A stretch of DNA of 20,000 bases from an uncultured virus (IMG/VR IMGVR_UViG_3300006137_000088). Lineage: Duplodnaviria > Heunggongvirae > Uroviricota > Caudoviricetes. The notes beneath the pieces were generated by a model. It was not told the origin of the DNA. It searched no databases and saw only the letters and a list, made by a program, of their open reading frames with translations. The stretch lies in IMG/VR virus record IMGVR_UViG_3300006137_000088. One strand, 5' to 3'. Positions 8,471-16,327 of this stretch are shown piece by piece (within the stretch, counting starts at the first letter, position 1; each line of letters starts with the position of its first letter). Both the position numbers and the translations under genes were made by a program.

Positions 8471-9157
8471 ATGACTGTTTTGAAAATCGGTAGTAGAGGT
8501 GAAGAAGTAAAAACTCTACAGAAGAAGCTAAACATTACAGCGGACGGTATCTTCGGAAAAGATACTGATGCAGCTGTTAAGGCATATCAGAAATCACATG
8601 GACTGACTGTTGATGGGATTGTCGGCGCTCACACTTGGGAAAGTCTTGGTTTCCCAGCAACCAATCGGTTCATTGATGAGATCATTATCCACTGTTCGGC
8701 CACCAAAGAAGGCGTTAATTATTCGATTGACAAGATTGACGCTTCACATAAGGCTCGGAAATTCTCATCGTATGTTGATACCAACGGCAAGACACGATAT
8801 ATCGGGTATCACTATATAATCCTTCGTGATGGTACAATCGTGAAGTGTCGCCCGGAAACAAAGATTGGGTGTCACGCTTCAGGCCATAATACAAGGTCAA
8901 TCGGAGTGTGCTATATTGGTGGTCTTGATGCAAAAGATACCAATGGCACAATGATTAAGGACACCCGCACTCCCCAGCAGAAAGCCAGCCTTATTACTGT
9001 CATCAAAGACATCAAGAAGCGTTACGGCACAATCGCAAGGGTAATCGGCCATCGTGACACTTCTCCTGACCTGAATGGTAATGGCGTTATTGAGCCATAC
9101 GAATTTATTAAGGGCTGTCCTTGCTTCGATGCTATCCCTGAATATTCAAAACTCTAA
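8471..9157 (+). CDS. Endolysin: peptidoglycan-binding domain + N-acetylmuramoyl-L-alanine amidase (T7 lysozyme/Amidase_2 type)
   Basis: LKIGSRGEEVKTLQ...DGIFG...AVKAYQ...GLTVDGIVGAHTW (PG_binding_1); IIIHCSAT, IGYHY, GCHASGHNTRSIGVCYIGG, GHRD, KGCPCFD (Zn amidase). Confidence 0.95.
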   Translation: MTVLKIGSRGEEVKTLQKKLNITADGIFGKDTDAAVKAYQKSHGLTVDGIVGAHTWESLGFPATNRFIDEIIIHCSATKEGVNYSIDKIDASHKARKFSSYVDTNGKTRYIGYHYIILRDGTIVKCRPETKIGCHASGHNTRSIGVCYIGGLDAKDTNGTMIKDTRTPQQKASLITVIKDIKKRYGTIARVIGHRDTSPDLNGNGVIEPYEFIKGCPCFDAIPEYSKL

Positions 9158-9168
9158 ATTTCAACAGT

Positions 9169-9765
9169 ATGTGGAAAACTATATTAAGCAAATGTAGCCT
9201 ATATATCGTCATAGGAGTTCTCTGCATTTCCTTATGGCAAACTTATAGTCAAGCTACCAAATACCAACATAAGGCCGACACTCTGGAGGCCACCATCAGC
9301 GATCTCACTCAGGAAATTGAATACACTAAAATTCAGCTGAATGACTCTATCGCGGTATATCAGGCCGAGGTCAAAACTCTGAATATCACACAGTCAAATT
9401 TGCAGGCCAAGTATGATAAACTTCTTGCTTCTTCTAAGCTGAAGCCCAAGGATGTCAGCAATGTGACTGAGGTGGCGACTGTAACTCATAGTGTAGATAC
9501 TGTTATCGCTGTGGTTGATACATTTGGAGGTATTACAGCTAAGTTAGAAGATAATTTTGTCAATATAGATGTTGAGGTATTGCCGGATAGAAACGCTATT
9601 ATAGATTACGAGGTGCGTGACAGTCTGACATTGCTCAATATTCAGAAAAAGCACTCCTGGTTGTTCGGTCTGATTAAATGGAAAGAACATAAGGGTGTTC
9701 GAGTGATAAATCACAATCCGAAAGCGAATATCGTTAGTTTACAAACCATAGATATAATGGAATGA
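9169..9765 (+). CDS. Putative spanin/Rz-like lysis protein
   Basis: N-terminal transmembrane segment followed by coiled-coil; immediately downstream of the endolysin. Confidence 0.55.
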   Translation: MWKTILSKCSLYIVIGVLCISLWQTYSQATKYQHKADTLEATISDLTQEIEYTKIQLNDSIAVYQAEVKTLNITQSNLQAKYDKLLASSKLKPKDVSNVTEVATVTHSVDTVIAVVDTFGGITAKLEDNFVNIDVEVLPDRNAIIDYEVRDSLTLLNIQKKHSWLFGLIKWKEHKGVRVINHNPKANIVSLQTIDIME

Positions 9766-9872
9766 TGAAACAGATAAAGACAAAGCCAATCATGCCGAAG
9801 GATTTGAAGCAGATTGGGAAGAAACACGTTGATAAGCTGCACAGTATTAAATGCCAAAGTAAAAAAGATTGA
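9762..9872 (+). CDS. Small lysine-rich ORF (36 aa)
   Basis: ATGA overlap with the stop of the upstream gene; MMKQIKTKPIMPKDLKQIGKKHVDKLHSIKCQSKKD; ends before a terminator hairpin. Confidence 0.4.
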   Translation: MMKQIKTKPIMPKDLKQIGKKHVDKLHSIKCQSKKD

Positions 9873-9907
9873 AAAGGGTTTTAATAATAATGTGTTATTA
9901 AGCGATG

Positions 9908-9939
9908 ATCCACTCTACTGAGAAGTAGGGTGGATTTTT
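9908..9939 (+). terminator. Intrinsic terminator-like hairpin after the lysis cassette
   Basis: ATCCACTCTACT-GAGA-AGTAGGGTGGAT followed by TTTT. Confidence 0.7.
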
Positions 9940-9972
9940 CTTGCCGGACTATTATTAGAAAAGAAAGATATA

Positions 9973-11556
9973 ATGGCAAGATTAGAGCGACCGAGAGGTC
10001 TAAAAATAACATTTAAGCCATCAGCAAGACAGTATGAGCTATGGAACGCCCTGCAACCTAATCATTGTGATAAGTGTGGGGGTAAGCTCATTATGAAACC
10101 TAATGGATTTGATAGCAAAGGGCATCAGGTGTATAGGGCTACTTGTGAGAATTGTGGGAATACCGATATTCCTGAGCAAGTCTTAGGAGGTGGTTCTGCC
10201 GGCGGTGGTAAATCATATATTGGTTGTTGTTGGCTGGTATGCAGTTGCATACAATTTCCCGGCATCCGTATGGTGGTTGCCCGAAAGGTTCGTAAGACCC
10301 TTTTGGAGACTACTTGGAAAACCTTAAAGGACGTGCTAAATTCGTGGGGATTAAAGCAAGATGTGCATTATCATATAAATAATGTTACTTATATCATTAC
10401 ATTCTGGAATGGTTCAGAAATAATGGCAATGGATTTGACCCCCAGCCCCCAGGACCCTGACTTCAACTCCCTTGGTTCATTGGAAATCACTGGAGGCTTC
10501 ATTGATGAGGTGTCTGAGGTGTCTGAAAAGGCTGTGGAAGTGCTGGCATCCCGTATTCGTTATAAGATTGCTGAGACCTTTGTAGTCGGTAAACTATTTA
10601 TGTCAACCAATCCTTGCTTGACTTGGGTGCGCTCAACCTTTGTGATGACTGATGATGGAGATCCAGTAGAATTACAATCCGGCTACCGTTACATTCCATT
10701 CAGTTTGTTTGATAATCCGAATGAGTCATTCAGGGCTATCTACTATAACAAGTTGAGTAAACTAAGAAATAAAGCTGACCGGGACCGTCTATTGTATGGT
10801 AACTGGCTCTTTACCACAAGTAATAAGATGGCTGCCTACTGGAACTTTGATGGTGACACACATCTGGTTCATAATTTAAGAGAGCAGTCTTATGACCCGA
10901 TGAAGCCGCTCATTCTCAGTTTTGACTTCAATGTAAATCCATATATGAGTTGTTTGCCCATTCAGATTGATTGGGAGAATAAGATTGTGTATGTTTTCCC
11001 TGAATATGTCGGCTACCCCAAAGACAAGAGAAACAACACCCCAGCTTTCACAAGATGGATAGCCTCTCAGTTGGTTGCTGACGGTCATATCGGTGGTGTA
11101 TTGCTGACTGGCGATCCCGCTGGTCTATCTCGTTCCACTCAGACTGAAGAAGGGGTCAATAACTTTACCATTGCCAATAAGAATATGACCAATGCTGTGC
11201 TGAAGCCGAAAATTCAGCTTTTGAGCAAGCAGCCGGCAATGGTGACACGACTGGAATTTATCAATGAATTACTGCATAATTTCAAAGGCTGGAAGGTCTA
11301 TATTGACGCTCGCTGCCACAGACTGATTGAGGACTTTGTATATCAGAAGAAAAATCCTGACGGAACTAAAGAAAAGAAGAAGGTTCTTAATGATAATGGA
11401 GAGCGTGTTGAGCGTTGGGGCCATTTCTCAGATTGTTTCGACTATGCGATGATTTACTATTTGAGTTCAATCTACACTCAGTATAAAACAGCCTCAACTG
11501 AGATAGTCACCACCATAGATTCAGAGGACACTGTATATGGGGAATTTGACTATTAA
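9973..11556 (+). CDS. Terminase large subunit
   Basis: Q motif (PSARQ), Walker A GGSAGGGKS, Walker B GGFIDEVSE, STNP coupling motif, RNase H-like SFDFN ... HFSDCFDY. Confidence 0.92.
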   Translation: MARLERPRGLKITFKPSARQYELWNALQPNHCDKCGGKLIMKPNGFDSKGHQVYRATCENCGNTDIPEQVLGGGSAGGGKSYIGCCWLVCSCIQFPGIRMVVARKVRKTLLETTWKTLKDVLNSWGLKQDVHYHINNVTYIITFWNGSEIMAMDLTPSPQDPDFNSLGSLEITGGFIDEVSEVSEKAVEVLASRIRYKIAETFVVGKLFMSTNPCLTWVRSTFVMTDDGDPVELQSGYRYIPFSLFDNPNESFRAIYYNKLSKLRNKADRDRLLYGNWLFTTSNKMAAYWNFDGDTHLVHNLREQSYDPMKPLILSFDFNVNPYMSCLPIQIDWENKIVYVFPEYVGYPKDKRNNTPAFTRWIASQLVADGHIGGVLLTGDPAGLSRSTQTEEGVNNFTIANKNMTNAVLKPKIQLLSKQPAMVTRLEFINELLHNFKGWKVYIDARCHRLIEDFVYQKKNPDGTKEKKKVLNDNGERVERWGHFSDCFDYAMIYYLSSIYTQYKTASTEIVTTIDSEDTVYGEFDY

Positions 11557-11575
11557 TAAATAAAACAGCAATAAT

Positions 11576-12781
11576 ATGATATATCATCGTTTTCTGACAA
11601 ATAGGGATTACTTTTGCATCGCTACGGAAGAGCACATGAGGCAGCTTATTCGTGGTGTGGAAGATCGTATTCCACAAGCGGAGCAAAGAGCCGAAATGCA
11701 ATTATTGGAATTTCTCGACCAGTATTATGAGATTGAAAAGGTGTTGGCTGTCGGTAAGAATATCAGGGAGTATAATATCAATGTGTCTTACCCCGGCCAG
11801 GCGTGGATCAAAAAAGATGAGAAAATCTTTAAGACATTGACCTGCATCAATGGTCTCAAAAGACCTACTAAGGTGGAATATTGGAAGCAGGTTAATGATT
11901 TTATCAACCCCTGTCTCATTGAACACGCTAAGAAATACTCTCAGCTTCGGATGTATCCTAAAGGCGAAGTTGTCAAGTTCGGAACTGAATATTGGCAATG
12001 CGCAGTTCCTCACGGATATGAGGCTGGAGAAATTCATGTTCCCGGTGTAAAAGCATGGCGTGAAGCCGAAATAATCCCCTGGGAACCTAATATGGAATGG
12101 GAGAAAGATCAGGTATGCTCTTACAATGACCAATTCTATCAATTCCTTGGTAAATCAGAGGAAGAAGAGGAAGAGCCGACCGAACCCACTCCAGAGTTAC
12201 CCGAAGAGCCTGCGACACCTGAAGAACCTGAAGATGTCGAAGCTCTTTCTGAAGATAATCCAGAACCAATAGAGGGTAATGATGAAGATCCTGAAGATGG
12301 TGAAGAACCCACTCCAGAGTTACCGAGTGACGAGGCTGTTCTTACTCCAGAGGAAGATGATTGCTGGGGCCTTATCGGAGATTATTCTGAAGAGTTAGAA
12401 TATGACTACTCAGAAGATGCTCGTGATTATGTTGTGGCAGAAGGAACGGTGTTCTATCCCGTTCTTAATCCTAATCCTGATAAACTTGTTGATGGCGTCA
12501 ATATCACAAGAGATGACCCCAGAAACAGCAATATCGTTGCTCATTTAAGTCGTATCGCACTTTATCATCTTCATTCAATCATTTCTGCCACCAACATTCC
12601 AGAAACGCGCCGGTGGGCTTATGAGGACTCTATGCAGTGGCTCTATAATGCTTCCAAGTTCAAGATCAATCCTCAGCTTCCCCGGAAAAAAGAACGTGAT
12701 TCTTGTGATCCAAAAGTGGACTGGGCGTTAGAGACGTTTCAAAGAAGCTACGACCCGAATGAAAACATTTGGTTGATATAA
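11576..12781 (+). CDS. Mu gp36/DUF1320-like head-completion protein with large internal insertion
   Basis: N-terminal FLTNRDY...AEQRAEMQLLEFLDQYYEIEKVL and C-terminal DPRNSNIV...IALYHLHSIISATNIPETRRWAYEDSMQWL resemble the two halves of Bacteroidetes gp36-like proteins. Confidence 0.6.
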   Translation: MIYHRFLTNRDYFCIATEEHMRQLIRGVEDRIPQAEQRAEMQLLEFLDQYYEIEKVLAVGKNIREYNINVSYPGQAWIKKDEKIFKTLTCINGLKRPTKVEYWKQVNDFINPCLIEHAKKYSQLRMYPKGEVVKFGTEYWQCAVPHGYEAGEIHVPGVKAWREAEIIPWEPNMEWEKDQVCSYNDQFYQFLGKSEEEEEEPTEPTPELPEEPATPEEPEDVEALSEDNPEPIEGNDEDPEDGEEPTPELPSDEAVLTPEEDDCWGLIGDYSEELEYDYSEDARDYVVAEGTVFYPVLNPNPDKLVDGVNITRDDPRNSNIVAHLSRIALYHLHSIISATNIPETRRWAYEDSMQWLYNASKFKINPQLPRKKERDSCDPKVDWALETFQRSYDPNENIWLI

Positions 12782-12802
12782 AAATCTATTCTTTCTTGTC
12801 TG

Positions 12803-12850
12803 ATAGGGCGGTTCAACTCAGAAAATAAAGAGTTGGCCGCCTTATTTATT
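12803..12850 (+). terminator. Terminator-like hairpin at end of phage late genes
   Basis: ATAGGGCGG-T-TCAACTC ... GAGTTG-G-CCGCCTTAT followed by TTATT. Confidence 0.6.
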
Positions 12851-12938
12851 AAGAATATTTAACACTTATAGGGTATTGATGAGGCTTAAAATTCAAATTT
12901 TAGTGAAGTAATCACTCTTAAAATTCAAGTTTTTTAGC

Positions 12939-12946
12939 TAATTTTG
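12939..12946 (+). promoter_or_regulatory. Bacteroidetes -7 promoter element facing the att site
   Basis: TAATTTTG matches the TAnnTTTG consensus; no clear -33 TTTG seen. Confidence 0.4.
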
Positions 12947-13061
12947 CAGTACAAAACGCGGAGTTGTGATACAACTTGTGCATATTTTGTGACAAAATCG
13001 AACCATTAAATTACTGCAACTGACTGAATTTCAGCATAAAAGATATAAAGGTGGGGAGTCC

Positions 13062-13074
13062 CCTGGTGGCACCA
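13062..13074 (+). other. Attachment site core: duplicated 3' end of a tRNA (probably tRNA-Phe)
   Basis: CCTGGTGGCACCA matches the 3' end of Bacteroidales tRNA-Phe as recalled (…GGTTCGATTCCTGGTGGCACCA); no tRNA 5' part upstream; sits at the junction between the two gene sets. Confidence 0.7.
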
Positions 13075-13088
13075 CCTAAGCAAAAGTT

Positions 13089-13125
13089 AAATCGCTAATT
13101 CACATCGAATTGGCGATTTTTCTTT
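13089..13125 (+). terminator. Hairpin/terminator downstream of tRNA fragment
   Basis: AAATCGCTAATTC-ACATC-GAATTGGCGATTT followed by TTCTTTT. Confidence 0.65.
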
Positions 13126-13306
13126 TAGTCACTATCGCCCGTAGTCACTATAATAGTCACTATCTAAACCCCTCTAAATCACAATAAATCGGCTTGATTA
13201 AATGCTCTTAAAAAGTTCCGTTTAATCTTCACAGCAATTAAACGCTCCTTAAATCCACCATACAAAAATAGTGACTATCCGCGTGGCGCGCAGGTATAGT
13301 CACTAT
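13126..13306. repeat. Five copies of TAGTCACTAT (four direct, one inverted)
   Basis: 13126-13135, 13142-13151, 13154-13163, inverted at 13268-13277, and 13297-13306. Confidence 0.85.
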
Positions 13307-13310
13307 ATTT

Positions 13311-15059
13311 CTACATTGAGAGGCGTGTGCCGGATTGTTTTGTGTCGAGGTCCTCGTATCGGGAGTGGTTGCCGACTTCCCATTCGCGGTTTTCGCCGCG
13401 GTCGGTGCCGACGTTGAAGCATGAAAGGACTTTCGCGAAATTGAGTGCAAAAACGTTTGCGGTCTGCTGCGTGAAATCCTGCGGATGCGATAGAACTCGT
13501 ACTCCTGTCTGGTCTTTGGTTGTCTGACGTATTCGCTGTATGATTGCTCTTGCATCTTCTCTTGTCAGGTAATGTACGGCGAGATTCAGTAGATATTCTG
13601 GTCTACTGTCCGGTGAAAGTCTGCGATAATCACTTTCATCCTGGCTATCCATTGCTATCATTGGAATTGGCATACCGTCATTCATTGTAATCCTCAGTGC
13701 ATATCTTCCATCCTTTCTCTTGACGGCATTGACGGATTGGATTCTGTTCCTGAAGTCATGGATTGGCTGTCGTGAGAGGTATGCCATAAGGATCTCTACC
13801 GTGAACATAGTAGCGGCTATCGTCAGGGCTACGTCTTCCTTGTCGTCAGGTTTCACACCATTGTACCATGCTACATGACGCAAGGTAATCGGCTTCTGAT
13901 ATGTGCTACCGTCCTTCATCCTGATACGCATATAATCTTTACGCCCATCGTTGCCAATCTCAACTTTGAGCATATCACGGTAAACATCAAGCAGCGAAGG
14001 CTTGCGTTCCTGTTTAGGTGCGAAGTCTATCAGCTCAGACAGTTTCATCACCTTGCTGCCGTCAAAGGCTATCTTTCCGGCATGGTCGACTATTCCATAT
14101 CCACGAACCTGCCTGTTCTTGTCCTTCTGGAAACAGATGTCTATGCCGAAACTCTTTTTGAGGGTGAAGATAAGCTGTTGAAGCTGCTCCTGTCGCTCTT
14201 TACTCAACGGTTTTCCGTTTTTGTCGAGGATTTTCTTTATATCCGGATTGGATTTTGGGCGCGTCGGCTTTTTCTTCTTGGACTTTGAGACCTCGGGACT
14301 ATTGAGACTTTGATACTTTCCCTCCGCAATCTCAGCCTTATATTTCTTGATAATGGCACGAAGTTGGGTCGCACGATCCTTGCGTTTTTGGCTGTTCTTG
14401 ATAATATGCTTGAATATGTCTCCTACGGAGATTTTTCCTGCATCGCCTCCATTTTTCAAAAGCCGATAGCCGTCAAGCGATTTCTCCATCTTAAAGCCGA
14501 AAGATCTGACTATGTTTGCAAACTGTCCTTCCGTCTCATAATCGTAACTGAAAATCCGCTCAATATCCCTGTTGATATCGGAAGCGAGAATACAGTTGGC
14601 ACAGGCATTGAGTCTGCGAATATCCTGATGGTCGGAGATAGCGTAACCATTAGGCTGAATCCTCGTAGACAGTATATGTACGTGGTTGTTGTCCGTGTCA
14701 TGATGGGCATAGACAAAGTAAGGCTGCTTCTCGTAACCCATGCCTTTCATCAGTTCTCGGGCAAAGTCTGTGAGTTCCTGCGGTGTCATGGTGCGTCCTT
14801 CAACAGATGCCGACACATGAAACTGAAAACGGTCGGTATTTGTATTGCCGTAGGTCTTTGACCTCTCTTTCAGGTAGCGTCCCACCTCGGTAGCCGTGTT
14901 AAGTCCGAAACGGTGCATGGTCTCGACTGTGTGGCGCAGTCTTTCGCTTACATTTGCCATCAACATCAGTTCGGCGACACCGGCCGCAACCTTGTCTTCG
15001 TTGTATTTTGCACCGGGGAATCTTCCACCATGTGCATCACTGAGCTTCTTGACAATCAT
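13311..15059 (-). CDS. Relaxase/mobilization nuclease (MOBP-type)
   Basis: Motif I Tyr (GAKYNEDK), FQFHVSAS, HUH motif YAHHDTDNNHVHILSTRI. Confidence 0.93.
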   Translation of the reverse strand: MIVKKLSDAHGGRFPGAKYNEDKVAAGVAELMLMANVSERLRHTVETMHRFGLNTATEVGRYLKERSKTYGNTNTDRFQFHVSASVEGRTMTPQELTDFARELMKGMGYEKQPYFVYAHHDTDNNHVHILSTRIQPNGYAISDHQDIRRLNACANCILASDINRDIERIFSYDYETEGQFANIVRSFGFKMEKSLDGYRLLKNGGDAGKISVGDIFKHIIKNSQKRKDRATQLRAIIKKYKAEIAEGKYQSLNSPEVSKSKKKKPTRPKSNPDIKKILDKNGKPLSKERQEQLQQLIFTLKKSFGIDICFQKDKNRQVRGYGIVDHAGKIAFDGSKVMKLSELIDFAPKQERKPSLLDVYRDMLKVEIGNDGRKDYMRIRMKDGSTYQKPITLRHVAWYNGVKPDDKEDVALTIAATMFTVEILMAYLSRQPIHDFRNRIQSVNAVKRKDGRYALRITMNDGMPIPMIAMDSQDESDYRRLSPDSRPEYLLNLAVHYLTREDARAIIQRIRQTTKDQTGVRVLSHPQDFTQQTANVFALNFAKVLSCFNVGTDRGENREWEVGNHSRYEDLDTKQSGTRLSM

Positions 15060-15070
15060 ACTCCCTGGAT

Positions 15071-15454
15071 TTATGATTTGAGCATTTCATACAGATAGCG
15101 CAATATATCCTGAATAATTTTCATCTCTCCACCGAATTGACTGAAGGGAAGAAGGTCGTTGGCGGTAAAGGCAAGTGGCGACATCTTCATCTTCTCGTTT
15201 ATGCACTTGACAGCCTGATTGTGGTTAACACCGATTTTGTCAAGCTTCTTAATGGCTGTTGAAATAAGTGCTATCAGTCGAGGATTGGTTCCTGTTGGTT
15301 CCGCAGTAACAGCTTCTTCGGAATATTTGAGAGTGGCGCATCTTATCAGCGCGCTCATATTTCCTTTGAAATAGGTTGCGGCCTTTTCACGCATCTGTTT
15401 GTATATAGTCTCATCAACTCTGGTATTTATAGTGATTTCTTTCTTCTTTGACAT
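15071..15454 (-). CDS. MobC-like relaxosome accessory protein (ribbon-helix-helix)
   Basis: ITINTRVDETIY...MSALIR and KLDKIGVNHNQAVKCIN (the IGxNxNQ MobC signature); directly upstream of relaxase. Confidence 0.85.
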   Translation of the reverse strand: MSKKKEITINTRVDETIYKQMREKAATYFKGNMSALIRCATLKYSEEAVTAEPTGTNPRLIALISTAIKKLDKIGVNHNQAVKCINEKMKMSPLAFTANDLLPFSQFGGEMKIIQDILRYLYEMLKS

Positions 15455-15568
15455 GTTATGTGATAATTATATAAATAGGTTATTTGACCATTCTTACATT
15501 AGATAAATAGAGTATTGAGATATTTGATAATTGTATAATTGTATACTTGTCATATTAGAGCAATGGGA

Positions 15569-15606
15569 CATTTGAGCATTTGAGCATTTGAGTATTTGAG
15601 TATTTG
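15569..15606. repeat. 8-bp tandem repeat (C/T)ATTTGAG
   Basis: catttgag catttgag catttgag tatttgag tatttg. Confidence 0.9.
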
Positions 15607-15612
15607 CACATT

Positions 15613-15866
15613 CGATAATTAGGTTAGTACATCATTTGAATATCCGGTTACATTACCCCGGTGTTTTCGGTTAACAGAACCAACGAACCGAGGTGTCTCA
15701 GTTCTTCCGACCGACAAACCGAGGTATCTCGGTTGCTGAACATGCGATAATCAGGTTATTACATCATTTGAATATCCAGTTATATTACCCCGGTGTTTCC
15801 GGTTGCCCGAACTAACGAACCAAGGTGCCTCAGTTCCTCCAACCGACAAACCGAAGTATCTCGGTT
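15613..15866. repeat. Imperfect tandem duplication, two 122-bp copies (period 132 bp)
   Basis: 15613-15734 and 15745-15866 both run CGATAAT..GGTTA.TACATCATTTGAATATCC.GTTA.ATTACCCCGGTGTTT...CCGACAAACCGA.GTATCTCGGTT. Confidence 0.9.
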
Positions 15867-15929
15867 ACCATATCTCAAGTACCAAAGTCTGCGAGTTTCG
15901 AGCGGAATTAACCCTCACCTATGGGGGAG

Positions 15930-15975
15930 GCAGATTTGCCGTTGTGTATACAATCGGCATATCTTGCAAAGCAAG
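15930..15975 (+). other. Putative oriT
   Basis: Inverted repeat GCAGATTTGCCG-TTGT..ACAA-T-CGGCATATCTTGC; its end TATCTTGC resembles the MOBP nic consensus YATCCTG/Y; upstream of mobC-relaxase. Confidence 0.55.
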
Positions 15976-16327
15976 GTTGACCTCCATTTCATAGCTTGTG
16001 CAACATCAAATTTCCTACATTCTTATGCTCTTGACTGCTCCTTGTAATCCAATGAACCGGAGTTCCCCGATACATAGGTTAGACAGACCGACGTATCTAA
16101 GATGCTCCAACCGAGAACCAAGCAACCGAGGTACTAAAGTTATTAGAACATTGAATCATCGGATAACTCGGTTATTCAATAGTTGGGTTATTTGAATATT
16201 GGGTAATTATAGCATTTGGTAAATGGGATATTAGAACATTGGGTATTTATGAGATTTGTAAATTGATATTTTGATAATTTGTATATAGGGTTATTTGATT
16301 ATTGGATAATCCGCTCAGAATATCAAA

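Larger units (their letters stand above)
1..13074 (+). mobile_element. Right end of a large prophage/phage-like integrated element (replication, packaging, lysis genes), partial at left edge
   Basis: Contiguous co-oriented primase, DnaE, exonuclease, terS, holin/amidase/spanin-like, terL and head-completion-like genes; ends at a tRNA 3'-end fragment (13062-13074). Confidence 0.85.

Noticed and set aside
1..12781. Stop-codon reassignment in the phage
   Set aside because: Genes tile densely under the standard code, and the dnaE break is a frame change rather than an in-frame stop.
13000..13074. Complete tRNA gene
   Set aside because: Only the last 13 nt match; no D-arm, anticodon arm or TTCG T-loop upstream.
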